Shown one piece after another: positions 43,587 through 52,415 of a DNA stretch of 64,000 nucleotides; position 1 is the stretch's first letter; each line of letters opens with the position of its first letter. The stretch is from Vicinamibacterales bacterium (lineage in GTDB: Bacteria; Acidobacteriota; Vicinamibacteria; Vicinamibacterales; UBA2999): contig DATDOE010000040.1 in assembly GCA_035293405.1 (NCBI GenBank), positions 95,672 through 159,671 on the forward strand, given 5' to 3'. The translations under genes were made by a program, and so were the position numbers. Under the pieces are notes generated by a model that did no database searches, was not told the origin of the DNA, and was given only the letters and a program-made list of their open reading frames with translations.

Positions 43587-44529
43587 GAAACCTGCGTCAC
43601 TCGCTCGTTATCTTGATCCGGACCCGAGGCGTGTTGCAAGCCGCGCGGCGTCGATCAGGCTGGCCGAATCCGCGACGTTCTGCCCGCAATGTCGAACGCC
43701 GTTCCACGATCGAGCAATGGCGAATTCGTCGTAGCGGAGGGTCTCTAGCCCGCCGTGAGAGCTGGGTCAGACCCCGGCGACGATCCAACTCACGGCTTGC
43801 AGAAAATGCGTACTTAGCAACTTGGGAAGCTGGTCGTTCTTGCGATCTTCACGGTGCTTCGACAGACGCCCTTGGCGTTTCGCTAACACTTCTTCGCCGC
43901 ACGGTTGTGGGCGCGCGCTTTGCTCTCTTCAGTCGCACACGAGGCGAAGTGATCTTGATCTTGCCGGCGTGTTCATGCGATCAAGCGGCTCCAGAGTGCA
44001 ACGACGTGGGTCTACCCGCATCTTTAGTGTGCGTTGCACTGAAACTGCATCCCGATGCGATTCCTGTGCACGCTCAGCCGACCATCTATTCAGATCCCGT
44101 CTATGATTCATGAGATTCACGACGTTCTGGCTCAGGTCATGATGCGCGATGACTGGGTGAAGGCGACCATAGCCGTGGGGCAAGAGGCGGCAGGGTTCGA
44201 CATTGCACGTCTCTTTGGACGACGCTGGAGCGCCTCGCTGCCCGGATTGATTCACCACAGAGTCAGCTGGAATGCACGTTTGCGACGCATATTCTCGAGC
44301 GGGCCGCAATGGAAGTGCTGCGAACGCAGGCTGCCTATGGCATCAAGAGTCACGAAGCGCATTCAACGAATGGAATCATGTTCTAAGAATCATCGAAGCT
44401 GTCCAATGGGTCGAATTGCCCGATCGACTCCGAACCGCCGACCACGTGGTCGAGGTTCACTCGCTCGCCTGTCGCGTCCGGACGTTCCTGAACAGTCACG
44501 TCACACAGAGGTCGCTCAAGGAGTGTTGC

Positions 44530-47226
44530 ATGGGCCGTGTGAAGAGCAGTGTCGTCGGTTCGAGGGCTGGAGCCCCGCAGTTGGTATTTGACTCTATGAG
44601 CAGACAGATCCTCTGCTGCATCTTCGCCACCGCGCTATTGCTCGCTGCGGATAGCGATGCCGGAGCGCAAGGCCTCTCGATTGCGCCGAACCTGGCAACC
44701 CCGCGCCCGGCTGGAACGGCCATTACCTGGACAGCCACAGTGAGCGGAGGCACGGCGCCGTTCACCTATCGGTGGTATGTCTCGCCCGATTCCGGCGGCA
44801 CATGGAACCTGATGCAGGACTGGAGCACATCGGCGACGTTTGCCTGGAACCCAAGCGTGCCTGGTGTCTACCTGGTGTCAGCGTGGGTACGCAACGCCGG
44901 CAATACCTCTGATAACCGGGATGACGGCACGTCCTACTACTATCAGATCACGACGCCATTGCTGCAGGTGTCGTTGGCGGCCGATCGGTCTGCCCCTCAG
45001 CCAGCGACGACGACGATACGGTGGACCGCGTCCACGTCCGGAGGAACGGCTCCGTATTCGTACAAGTTTTGGGTGACGGCGAATAACGGGGCAACCTGGC
45101 AAATAGTACAGGATTGGAGTCAGACTCCGACCTTCGACTGGATACCGAACCAGGCTGGCAACGACTATTTCGTGGCGGTGTGGGCACGTAGTGCGGGGAA
45201 CACGGCGGACGCGTACGACGATGCGACGTCTCGGCCGTTTCCGATTAGCGCGGCGCCTGTGGGTGCGTCGATAACTGTGAATCAACCAGCACCACAAGGG
45301 ACCGGCACGACGATCACATGGACCGCGTCGTCATCCGGTGGCGTTTCCCCACACAGCTACAAGTGGTGGCTCTCAACGGACAACGGTATCAATTGGCAAG
45401 CGATGACCGGCTGGAGCACGAGTACGACGTACCAGTGGGCCCCGGTGAACCCGGCACCGACTGCCGTGATGAAGGTGTGGGCCCGTGGCGCCAACAACAA
45501 CACGGAGGCCTACGAGAACACGGCGTCGATGCCGTATGCCGTCACACGAGGCACGACGCAGGTATCGCTTAGTAACGACCGGTCGTCTCCGCAATCAGCG
45601 GGTTCCTTGATTACCTGGACGGCAGTCGGACAGGGCGGGGTCCCTCCGTATAGCTACAAGTGGTGGACTTCAGTTGACGGCGGGACGAATTGGAACCAGG
45701 TAGCGGACTGGAGTACGAACGCCACGTTGACGTGGCAGCCCTGGGTGCCGAGCGATAACTACGTCGTGGCTGTTTGGGTCAGAAGCGTCGACAACACCAC
45801 TGACTATCGCGAGGACGCCACGTCAGCGCTTTATGCGATCAACTCTTGTAGTTTTACGTTGAATCCGCCCTCAATCGATCTGTCGTCGGCCGGAGGTACA
45901 TATTCGATTTCCTTCACGCCGTCGTCACCTACCTGCGGATGGGCCGCAGCGAGCACCGTCGGCTGGGTGCAGGTCACGGGGTCAACGCAAGGGGTTGGGT
46001 CTGGTTCAACGACGATCTTCGTGGAGCCGAACCAGGGATCGACCCCACGCGCGGCGCCCCTGCTCATCGGGAGCGCGGGCGTAGACCTCGACCAGGCGTG
46101 GAATAACAACGGCGTCAATGACTGGACGTGGCCCCCGGGTAGTTCGGGCGGATCTGGCGGCGGCGGTGGCGCTTGCGGGGTAACAATCAGCCCCGCCGAA
46201 ATCACGCTCCCGCCAGGTGGGGGGGCCGCTCAAGTGACGCTGAATGCAGGCACCAGCTGCAACTGGTCGATTGCCGGGAACGACTGGCTATCGCTCAGTG
46301 CACCGAATGGACAGGGCAGCGCTGTCATAACCCTAACGGCGCCGGTGAATCCTCAGACCTATGCGCGTGGGCTACTGCTGTCCGTAAACGATTCTTGGCT
46401 CGCTGTGCTCCAAAGCGGCAGCGAGGAGGGCGCAACGTTCTATGCGGCGCAACAGACGCCATCGCCATCACTCGTTGCATCTGGTGGCGTCCTCGATTGC
46501 CAGTTTACGATCAATACAGGAAACCGGAATCGCTTTCTCTTCGCGACGATGGGAGTCTACCTTGACGATAGACTGATTGGCACCGTGTCACAAAATGGTC
46601 ATCAGTATTCCCTTCGTGTGATGCGCATGTATCAAGACAGACCGTGGGCTCGCACGGCTACGTGTGTGGTCCGCCGTGTGCCGACAGGCGAAGTAATCAG
46701 GACCAGCTCGATTCAAATAGCGGCGGTTGGTGGACCAGTGTGCGTACCCTTATTGCAACAATCGCTCAAGATCTACTCCTACTCCTTGCGAGACGACCTC
46801 GGTCTCGTCTGGTCAGCTGCCGAAAAACTAGTGGTTCAAAACCTTACCTCACGTTGGAACAGTCTTGTTGCGAGATACAGCGCGGCCACCTCTGTCCGTC
46901 CCTTTCGATTGGAAACCAACGCCGGAGCGGCGAATCTATGGCTCATTATTAATCCTAGTATGATCAATACCGGCGTGTGGGGGCATTATCACGACGGTAT
47001 CCTCGACATCAATCCACAAGCACTCCAGGAGTCGTTTGCATTCCGCGACGGCATCATCCTGCACGAACTCGGGCACGCGCGTGGCTATGGCCACGTGAGC
47101 AACGCATGCCCCGTGTCGGATTCGATCATGTATCCAGAGGCATCACCAATTGGACTCTACCCGAGGGATCTCGGCCCTGGCGACGATATCGCAACCGAAA
47201 GAGACATTTTGGGTCTTCCGAATTGA
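44530..47226 (+). CDS. secreted multidomain protein: 4 Ig-like (Y_Y_Y-type) repeats, 2 BACON-like domains, C-terminal matrixin-like zinc metalloprotease
   Basis: SD AAGGAG 6 nt before ATG 44530 (alternative ATG at 44596). Signal-like ILCCIFATALLLAADSDAGAQG. Four ~100-aa repeats (ITWTA..GG.(A/P)P(F/Y)(S/T)Y(K/R)(W/F)W...G..W...DWS). Two Cys-bracketed domains (CSFTLNPPSIDL..., CGVTISPAEITL...). HELGHARGYGH at nt 47062-47094 followed by SIMYP. Confidence 0.8.
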   Translation: MGRVKSSVVGSRAGAPQLVFDSMSRQILCCIFATALLLAADSDAGAQGLSIAPNLATPRPAGTAITWTATVSGGTAPFTYRWYVSPDSGGTWNLMQDWSTSATFAWNPSVPGVYLVSAWVRNAGNTSDNRDDGTSYYYQITTPLLQVSLAADRSAPQPATTTIRWTASTSGGTAPYSYKFWVTANNGATWQIVQDWSQTPTFDWIPNQAGNDYFVAVWARSAGNTADAYDDATSRPFPISAAPVGASITVNQPAPQGTGTTITWTASSSGGVSPHSYKWWLSTDNGINWQAMTGWSTSTTYQWAPVNPAPTAVMKVWARGANNNTEAYENTASMPYAVTRGTTQVSLSNDRSSPQSAGSLITWTAVGQGGVPPYSYKWWTSVDGGTNWNQVADWSTNATLTWQPWVPSDNYVVAVWVRSVDNTTDYREDATSALYAINSCSFTLNPPSIDLSSAGGTYSISFTPSSPTCGWAAASTVGWVQVTGSTQGVGSGSTTIFVEPNQGSTPRAAPLLIGSAGVDLDQAWNNNGVNDWTWPPGSSGGSGGGGGACGVTISPAEITLPPGGGAAQVTLNAGTSCNWSIAGNDWLSLSAPNGQGSAVITLTAPVNPQTYARGLLLSVNDSWLAVLQSGSEEGATFYAAQQTPSPSLVASGGVLDCQFTINTGNRNRFLFATMGVYLDDRLIGTVSQNGHQYSLRVMRMYQDRPWARTATCVVRRVPTGEVIRTSSIQIAAVGGPVCVPLLQQSLKIYSYSLRDDLGLVWSAAEKLVVQNLTSRWNSLVARYSAATSVRPFRLETNAGAANLWLIINPSMINTGVWGHYHDGILDINPQALQESFAFRDGIILHELGHARGYGHVSNACPVSDSIMYPEASPIGLYPRDLGPGDDIATERDILGLPN

Positions 47227-47238
47227 CCAGGAGAGAAC

Positions 47239-47829
47239 ATGAAATCCTCGATTGCGAGAGCGACGTTGCTTGCCACTGCTGTCATCGTCAGTCCCGTCCC
47301 CGTTGTAGACCGATCCGCTCATGCTGAACAGAAGCCTGTGCAGGAGCGCGAGACGATTATCGAGGCGATGGTACCTCCAGAATCGCTTAGTGAAATGGTG
47401 CGCGTGGTCGATGCGGTGATCCTGGCAACATTCACCGGAAAGGGGCAATTCATCGAACCCAGTACGCCCTACGGAATCGAGTTTACGAATTACGTGTTCG
47501 TAGTCGATGAGATCATGAAGCCCGATGCGTTAGTAGGCGTCGTGGGAGATGAATTGACAGTCAGAATGATCGGAGGTGAAAAGGAATTCGCTACGCACAT
47601 CCGGCGAACTCGGGTTGCAGGAGTCGATCCGCTTCTCCAAGGTCGCAAGTATGTGATGTTTCTGCGACGTCATCCGACGAAGAACTCTGTTGACCTCGCT
47701 TGGGGGCCTAACAGTGTGTACGACGTCACCCAAGGTACTGTTCGGCCCATCGAGCGTGAATTGAAACGCCGCGACGGTGCGCCCGCCGCTGCGTTTATCG
47801 AAGCGTTGAGGGTCGCAGCGGCACAATAA
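47239..47829 (+). CDS. small secreted hypothetical protein co-transcribed with the metalloprotease
   Basis: SD AGGAGA. Starts 12 nt after the upstream stop. Signal peptide MKSSIARATLLATAVIVSPVPVVDRSAHA. No recognisable domain. Confidence 0.6.
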   Translation: MKSSIARATLLATAVIVSPVPVVDRSAHAEQKPVQERETIIEAMVPPESLSEMVRVVDAVILATFTGKGQFIEPSTPYGIEFTNYVFVVDEIMKPDALVGVVGDELTVRMIGGEKEFATHIRRTRVAGVDPLLQGRKYVMFLRRHPTKNSVDLAWGPNSVYDVTQGTVRPIERELKRRDGAPAAAFIEALRVAAAQ

Positions 47830-47914
47830 GAGTTCCCGCGATCAACACCGCGTCGAAGACACTCGAGCTCCGTCGACTGTGCGTGCTCCGCGAACCGCGC
47901 GAAAGACCTGCTAG

Positions 47915-48793
47915 TCACTGGTCCGGACGTTTTGGGTACGCGGCCGCGGGTTCGCTACTCATGCCGCACTTCAGTCGGCTCCTGTCTCGTACGGCGCGAA
48001 AGAACTCCTCGGTCAGGGACTCTCCAGCACCTGGGCTTGCGTGGTTTCCTGGACTTGCCTCAGCGCACCCGTCGGGACGTCCTCGCCGCGAACGAACCGA
48101 TCGATCACATCTTGATAAGCGTCCGTTGCCGCTTTCAACGACGATGTCATTGACGATCGCGGCAAATCTCGGATCGCGAATGAGCGCGAGCCAAAACGCG
48201 TGGCCCTGCTGATTGCCGGTGTTGGAACCTGCTAAGGAGGAAGACTCGGGGCGGAAGATGAAACAGTCCCCATAAGGTTGCCGCAAGCGCTGGGGTGCGA
48301 TCATACCTCTCATCGCGCTTGGGGCGATTCTGTTGTTGGCCTGGCCGATTGCTCCATCGACATAACTGTTCGAGCACGCTTGGCGGCGAGTTCGCATCCT
48401 CGCGCATTTGGGCCTGTGTTCCAAGAGTGGTGCCCGCTCGATGCGGCGTGCGTAAAGCATCATCGAGGCGAGTGGCCGGGGAGTGGGAAGCACTAGGCCC
48501 CGTTCAGCGCGATCGATCGCCCGACCGACGCGATCCCACGAGGAGCGGTTCTGCCGCAGAAGGAACTGGAACGCACTGCAGAGCCCACTCGGCCGCCAAG
48601 CGCGCGCGATCCCAATCCCGAAGTCGGAACCCGGACAAAGCTTGGCGGCAGGACGAGTGCAATGGCGGTTCGTCTGTGAGCGACCGAACCGTTCGGGCGG
48701 GCCCTGAACTTCGGAACTGACACCTACACGGGGAATGGGTTGGTCATCGGATACGGAGGAGGTCAGCCTCCTGAGTTCATCACCTGCCTGCAC
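47915..48793 (-). pseudogene. frameshifted remnant of an unidentified globular protein
   Basis: The track frame reads protein-like GDCFIFRPESSSLAGSNTGNQQGHAFWLALIRDPRFAAIVNDIVVESGN, then Arg-rich junk. A shifted frame over ~48125-48027 reads ATDAYQDVIDRFVRGEDVPTGALRQVQETTQAQVLESP*. After that the original frame is sensible again (LTEEFFRAVRDRS). Confidence 0.45.
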
Positions 48794-48896
48794 GAGGAAT
48801 CATGGGTCTCGCGCAGACGATCTGCGGTGACGTGTGCGCGAATTGCCGACCGAATTGCCGACCTCTCGAACGCCTGAGTGCGTGTATTCTTCCTCT

Positions 48897-49622
48897 ATGC
48901 CAAGCGTTTTGTCCGGATCATCCGCAAGGGAATCCCTGCACGAGATGGGATACGCGCTCGTCAGAAACGTGGTGTCCCCGGACAGCATTGATTCGCTGCT
49001 GTCGCACTACCTTCGTCTTGTCCATGAGGTGACTGGCCGGGCGTTCACCGATCCCTTCGGCGCCGATCTGGTCGAATACTTCGACGCCCACCGCGACGAG
49101 GAGTCAGAGATCTATCTCAGGATCCGCGACAAGCCCTGGCTCGAAGAGTTCTCGCGGCAGGCGGGCATCGTGGCGGCCATCCGGGGCATCGTCGATGCTC
49201 CCTGCGCACTGTTCCGCAAGATCCCGTTTCGCATCGACATGCCGCAATGGGTGCACGAACTGGCGCTCTGGCACCAGGACTACTTCTACGTGCGCGGAAA
49301 CACGGAGGTGATTACCGCGTGGATTCCGCTGCAGGACGTGACCTATCTGAATGGCTGTCTGAGCGTCATGCCGCGGTCTCACCTGCTCGGCCCGGTGGAG
49401 CACGACCTCCAGATCGGCAAGAAGAGCGTGCCCTCCAGCATATTCGGCGGCGAGATGCGCATGGTGGAGATGCGGAAAGGTGACATGCTGATCTTCTCCG
49501 CGCTCATGCTGCATTCGTCGAACTTGAATCTCTCCAACAGCATCCGATACTCCGTGCAGGCTCGGTATACACCTGTCGGCAAACCGATCGATCCGGCGAT
49601 GGGCGGAAGCGTTCAGTTATAG
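48897..49622 (+). CDS. phytanoyl-CoA dioxygenase (PhyH) family Fe(II)/2-oxoglutarate oxygenase
   Basis: LALWHQDYFYVRGNTEVITAWIPLQDVTYLNGCLSVMPRSHLLG...LHSSNLNLSNSIRYSVQARY. Start at ATG 48897 (MPSVLSG). Confidence 0.8.
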   Translation: MPSVLSGSSARESLHEMGYALVRNVVSPDSIDSLLSHYLRLVHEVTGRAFTDPFGADLVEYFDAHRDEESEIYLRIRDKPWLEEFSRQAGIVAAIRGIVDAPCALFRKIPFRIDMPQWVHELALWHQDYFYVRGNTEVITAWIPLQDVTYLNGCLSVMPRSHLLGPVEHDLQIGKKSVPSSIFGGEMRMVEMRKGDMLIFSALMLHSSNLNLSNSIRYSVQARYTPVGKPIDPAMGGSVQL

Positions 49623-49631
49623 GACCTCACG

Positions 49632-50375
49632 ATGATCAGAGAACCGCGGAACCAGTCGTCCGCCGACAGTGCGCAGTTCGACATGGTCGAGCGGGTCTTT
49701 GCACAGTCCGCCGGCACCCTCGCCGAAAAGGCCGATGCGTTTGGCAAGTTCGCATCCAGGCAGGCGATCGGAAAGTTTCTCGCGCGCTATGAAATCTTCA
49801 AGAAGATCCTCGGCGTCAACGGGTCGATCATCGAATGCGGCGTGCTCCACGGCGCGGGATTGCTGACCTACGCCAAGCTGTCGTCGCTGTTCGAGCCCGC
49901 CAATCACGTGCGGAAGGTCGTCGGCTTCGATACGTTTGCCGGTTTCCCATCGATCGCGGACAAAGACTCCTCGGGTACATCGTCGCACCTGGAGGTTGGT
50001 GGTCTGTCCGGCTCCAGCCTGGACGATGTCGCGGCGGCGGTCGCGCTGTATGACACGAACCGGCCGCTGTCCCACATCCAGAAGATCGAGCTCGTCCAGG
50101 GCGATCTGACCGTGACTGCGCCTCAGTATCTGAAGGACAACCCGCATCTGGTCGTGGCCTTGCTCTATCTGGACGTCGACCTGTACGAACCGACGCTCGC
50201 CGCCCTTCGAACGTTCGTCCCCCGGATGCCCAAGGGGGCGGTCATCGTGTTCGACGAGCTCAACGCCCGGATGTTTCCCGGCGAGACATTGGCGGTTGAC
50301 GAAGCGCTCGGCATCCGCAATCTCCGAATCGAGCGCTTTCAGTTCGACTCATACGTCTCCTATTGCGTGCTCTAA
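49632..50375 (+). CDS. TylF/MycF/NovP-like O-methyltransferase
   Basis: GSIIECGVLHGAGLLTYAKL...GFDTFAGFPS...VALLYLDVDLYEPTLAALRTFVPRMPKGAVIVFDE. Confidence 0.8.
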   Translation: MIREPRNQSSADSAQFDMVERVFAQSAGTLAEKADAFGKFASRQAIGKFLARYEIFKKILGVNGSIIECGVLHGAGLLTYAKLSSLFEPANHVRKVVGFDTFAGFPSIADKDSSGTSSHLEVGGLSGSSLDDVAAAVALYDTNRPLSHIQKIELVQGDLTVTAPQYLKDNPHLVVALLYLDVDLYEPTLAALRTFVPRMPKGAVIVFDELNARMFPGETLAVDEALGIRNLRIERFQFDSYVSYCVL

Positions 50376-50420
50376 GCACCGCCTGACGGCTATCGCGTGG
50401 CGCGCCCGGCCGACTCGCCG

Positions 50421-51293
50421 CTATCGTGACGCGGACGCGAGGCGTGCCGCGAGCAGCACCGCCTCGATCATGCTCGTGGGATCCGCGAGGTTCCTGCCCG
50501 CGATGTCGAACGCGGTCCCGTGGTCCACGGAGGTGCGAATGATCGGGAGGCCAAGCGTGACGTTGACCGAGTGGCCGAAGGCGAGCAGCTTCACGGGAAT
50601 GAGGCCCTGGTCGTGGTAGCACGCGATCACGGCGTCGAATTCGCCTGTGACCGCGCGGCCGAAGACCGTGTCGCCGGGGAATGGCCCCTGGATGTTCACG
50701 CCACGGGCGCGCGCGGCATCGATCGACGGGCGGATCACGCGGGCCTCTTCGTCCCCGAGCAGCCCTTCTTCACCGGCATGAGGGTTGAGGCCGGCGACGG
50801 CCAGACGCGGGGCTGCGATCCCGAACCGCGGCAGCTCGCGCGCGGCCAGGTCGATCGTGCCGTCAACGACGTCGCGGGTCAGCGCGCTCGACACGGAGGA
50901 CAGAGGGATGTGGACGGTCGCCAGGATCACCTTGAGCGGCTCGGACCAGAACATCATCGCCACGCGAGCGCTGCCGGTCAGGTGCCCGAGCAGATCGGTG
51001 TGCCCTTTCCATGGCAGGCCGGCGCGAGAAAACGCGAGCTTGTTGACCGGCGCCGTGGCGATGGCCGCCACCGTGCCGGCCTGGGCGTCACGGACGGCGG
51101 CGCCAATCGCGTCGTAGGCCGCACGGCCCGCATCGGCCGACAGCTCGCCGGCCACGAACCGCGCACCGGTTGGGGGACCGTAGAGCACCGGCTCGCACGC
51201 CGCGCGCACCCGCTCGTCGGCAGCCGCCTTGGCGGCAATCTCCGGCCCGATGCCGGCCGGGTCGCCAACCGTGATCGCGATGCGCGGTTTCAT
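50421..51293 (-). CDS. pdxA: 4-hydroxythreonine-4-phosphate dehydrogenase
   Basis: MKPRIAITVGDPAGIGPEI...ATAPVNK...GHTDLL...AGLNPHAGE...YHDQGLIP...IIRTSVDHGTAFDIAG. Start at ATG 51293. Confidence 0.9.
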   Translation of the reverse strand: MKPRIAITVGDPAGIGPEIAAKAAADERVRAACEPVLYGPPTGARFVAGELSADAGRAAYDAIGAAVRDAQAGTVAAIATAPVNKLAFSRAGLPWKGHTDLLGHLTGSARVAMMFWSEPLKVILATVHIPLSSVSSALTRDVVDGTIDLAARELPRFGIAAPRLAVAGLNPHAGEEGLLGDEEARVIRPSIDAARARGVNIQGPFPGDTVFGRAVTGEFDAVIACYHDQGLIPVKLLAFGHSVNVTLGLPIIRTSVDHGTAFDIAGRNLADPTSMIEAVLLAARLASASR

Positions 51294-51306
51294 GGCCCGA
51301 GGCCTC

Positions 51307-52320
51307 TCACAACTGCAGCACCAGCCAATCGGCAACCACTTTCGGGCTGGCGTTGCGCTCCAGCGCGGCGAGCGCGCGGTCGACCGCGGCGTAGGCGGTG
51401 GTGCTGCGACGGCTGTCGAAGGCGCGCGTGAGGGGCTCGAGCTGGGCTTCGAGATCGGCGTTGCCGAGCATGCGCCGGTCGGCGCCAATTGCCAGGATGC
51501 CGATGTCACGCAGCAGCGAGGCCAGTGCGCGCAAACAGGCCGCCAGCTGATCGCGCTCTCCGGCCGCGCTGCTCTTTCTGGACCCGAGATCCTTGGCCGC
51601 CTCGAGACGGCGGACGGGATCGCTCACCCGCGCCGTCTGCTCGAGGAGCCGGTGCGCCAGGGTCCGCGCCTCGACCAGATCCGCCGACTCCGCCGCAAGG
51701 GCACGACCCACGCTGCCGTCGGCATCGGATGCGGCCGCGCGCGCGTCGGCCTCGGTGTATTCGTGATCGCGCACCAGAACTTCGGCGACTTCCGCCGGCG
51801 CGAGCGCCCCAAACCGCAGCCGCGGACATCTCGAAAGCACGGTCGGGAGCAGCGCATCAGGAATCGATGACACAAGGAGAAACATCGACGCCGACGGCGG
51901 CTCCTCGAGTGTCTTCAGGAGCGCATTCTGCGCGGCCGGGACCAGCGCGTCGGCCTCGTCGATGATCACCACGCGCTTCCGTCCCTCGAACGGCCGGTAC
52001 CCCGCGCGGTCGATCGCGTCGCGTACCTGTTCGATCTTGATCGACCCGGTGTCGCCAGGCTCGATCAGGATCACGTCCGGATGCGCGCCGCGCCCGATGC
52101 GCCGGCACGCCGTGCACTCGCCGCAACCGTCGCGCTCCAGATCGCCCGTCGATCGCGGCTGCAGACAATTCGCGGCTTCGGCGATGGCGATCGCCGCCCG
52201 GCGCTTCCCCACGCCGGCGGGACCAGCCAGCAGGAGCGACGGCGGGAGCGTCTCGCGCCCGACCGCCCGCGACAGCAGGCCAATCAGACGCCGATGACCG
52301 ACGATGGTGCGAAAGGGCAC
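51307..52320 (-). CDS. holB: DNA polymerase III subunit delta-prime
   Basis: IVGHRRLIGLLSRAVGRETLPPSLLLAGPAGVGKRRAAIAIAEAANC...CGECTACRRI...VVIIDEADAL...NALLKTLEEPP. Confidence 0.85.
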   Translation of the reverse strand: MPFRTIVGHRRLIGLLSRAVGRETLPPSLLLAGPAGVGKRRAAIAIAEAANCLQPRSTGDLERDGCGECTACRRIGRGAHPDVILIEPGDTGSIKIEQVRDAIDRAGYRPFEGRKRVVIIDEADALVPAAQNALLKTLEEPPSASMFLLVSSIPDALLPTVLSRCPRLRFGALAPAEVAEVLVRDHEYTEADARAAASDADGSVGRALAAESADLVEARTLAHRLLEQTARVSDPVRRLEAAKDLGSRKSSAAGERDQLAACLRALASLLRDIGILAIGADRRMLGNADLEAQLEPLTRAFDSRRSTTAYAAVDRALAALERNASPKVVADWLVLQL

Positions 52321-52415
52321 GTCGATAGATTATGTGCGGGTTTCGTATGTGACAATGCCCTGCCCAAGTCCGGCTAAAGCCGGACACCACGAAGACCAGA
52401 CCGTACAACGCGCTC

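Noticed and set aside
52369-52386. Small hairpin gtccggctaaagccggac in the holB / membrane-protein divergent spacer
   Set aside because: It has a 7-bp stem in a promoter region. It is too small and unsupported to call a regulatory element.
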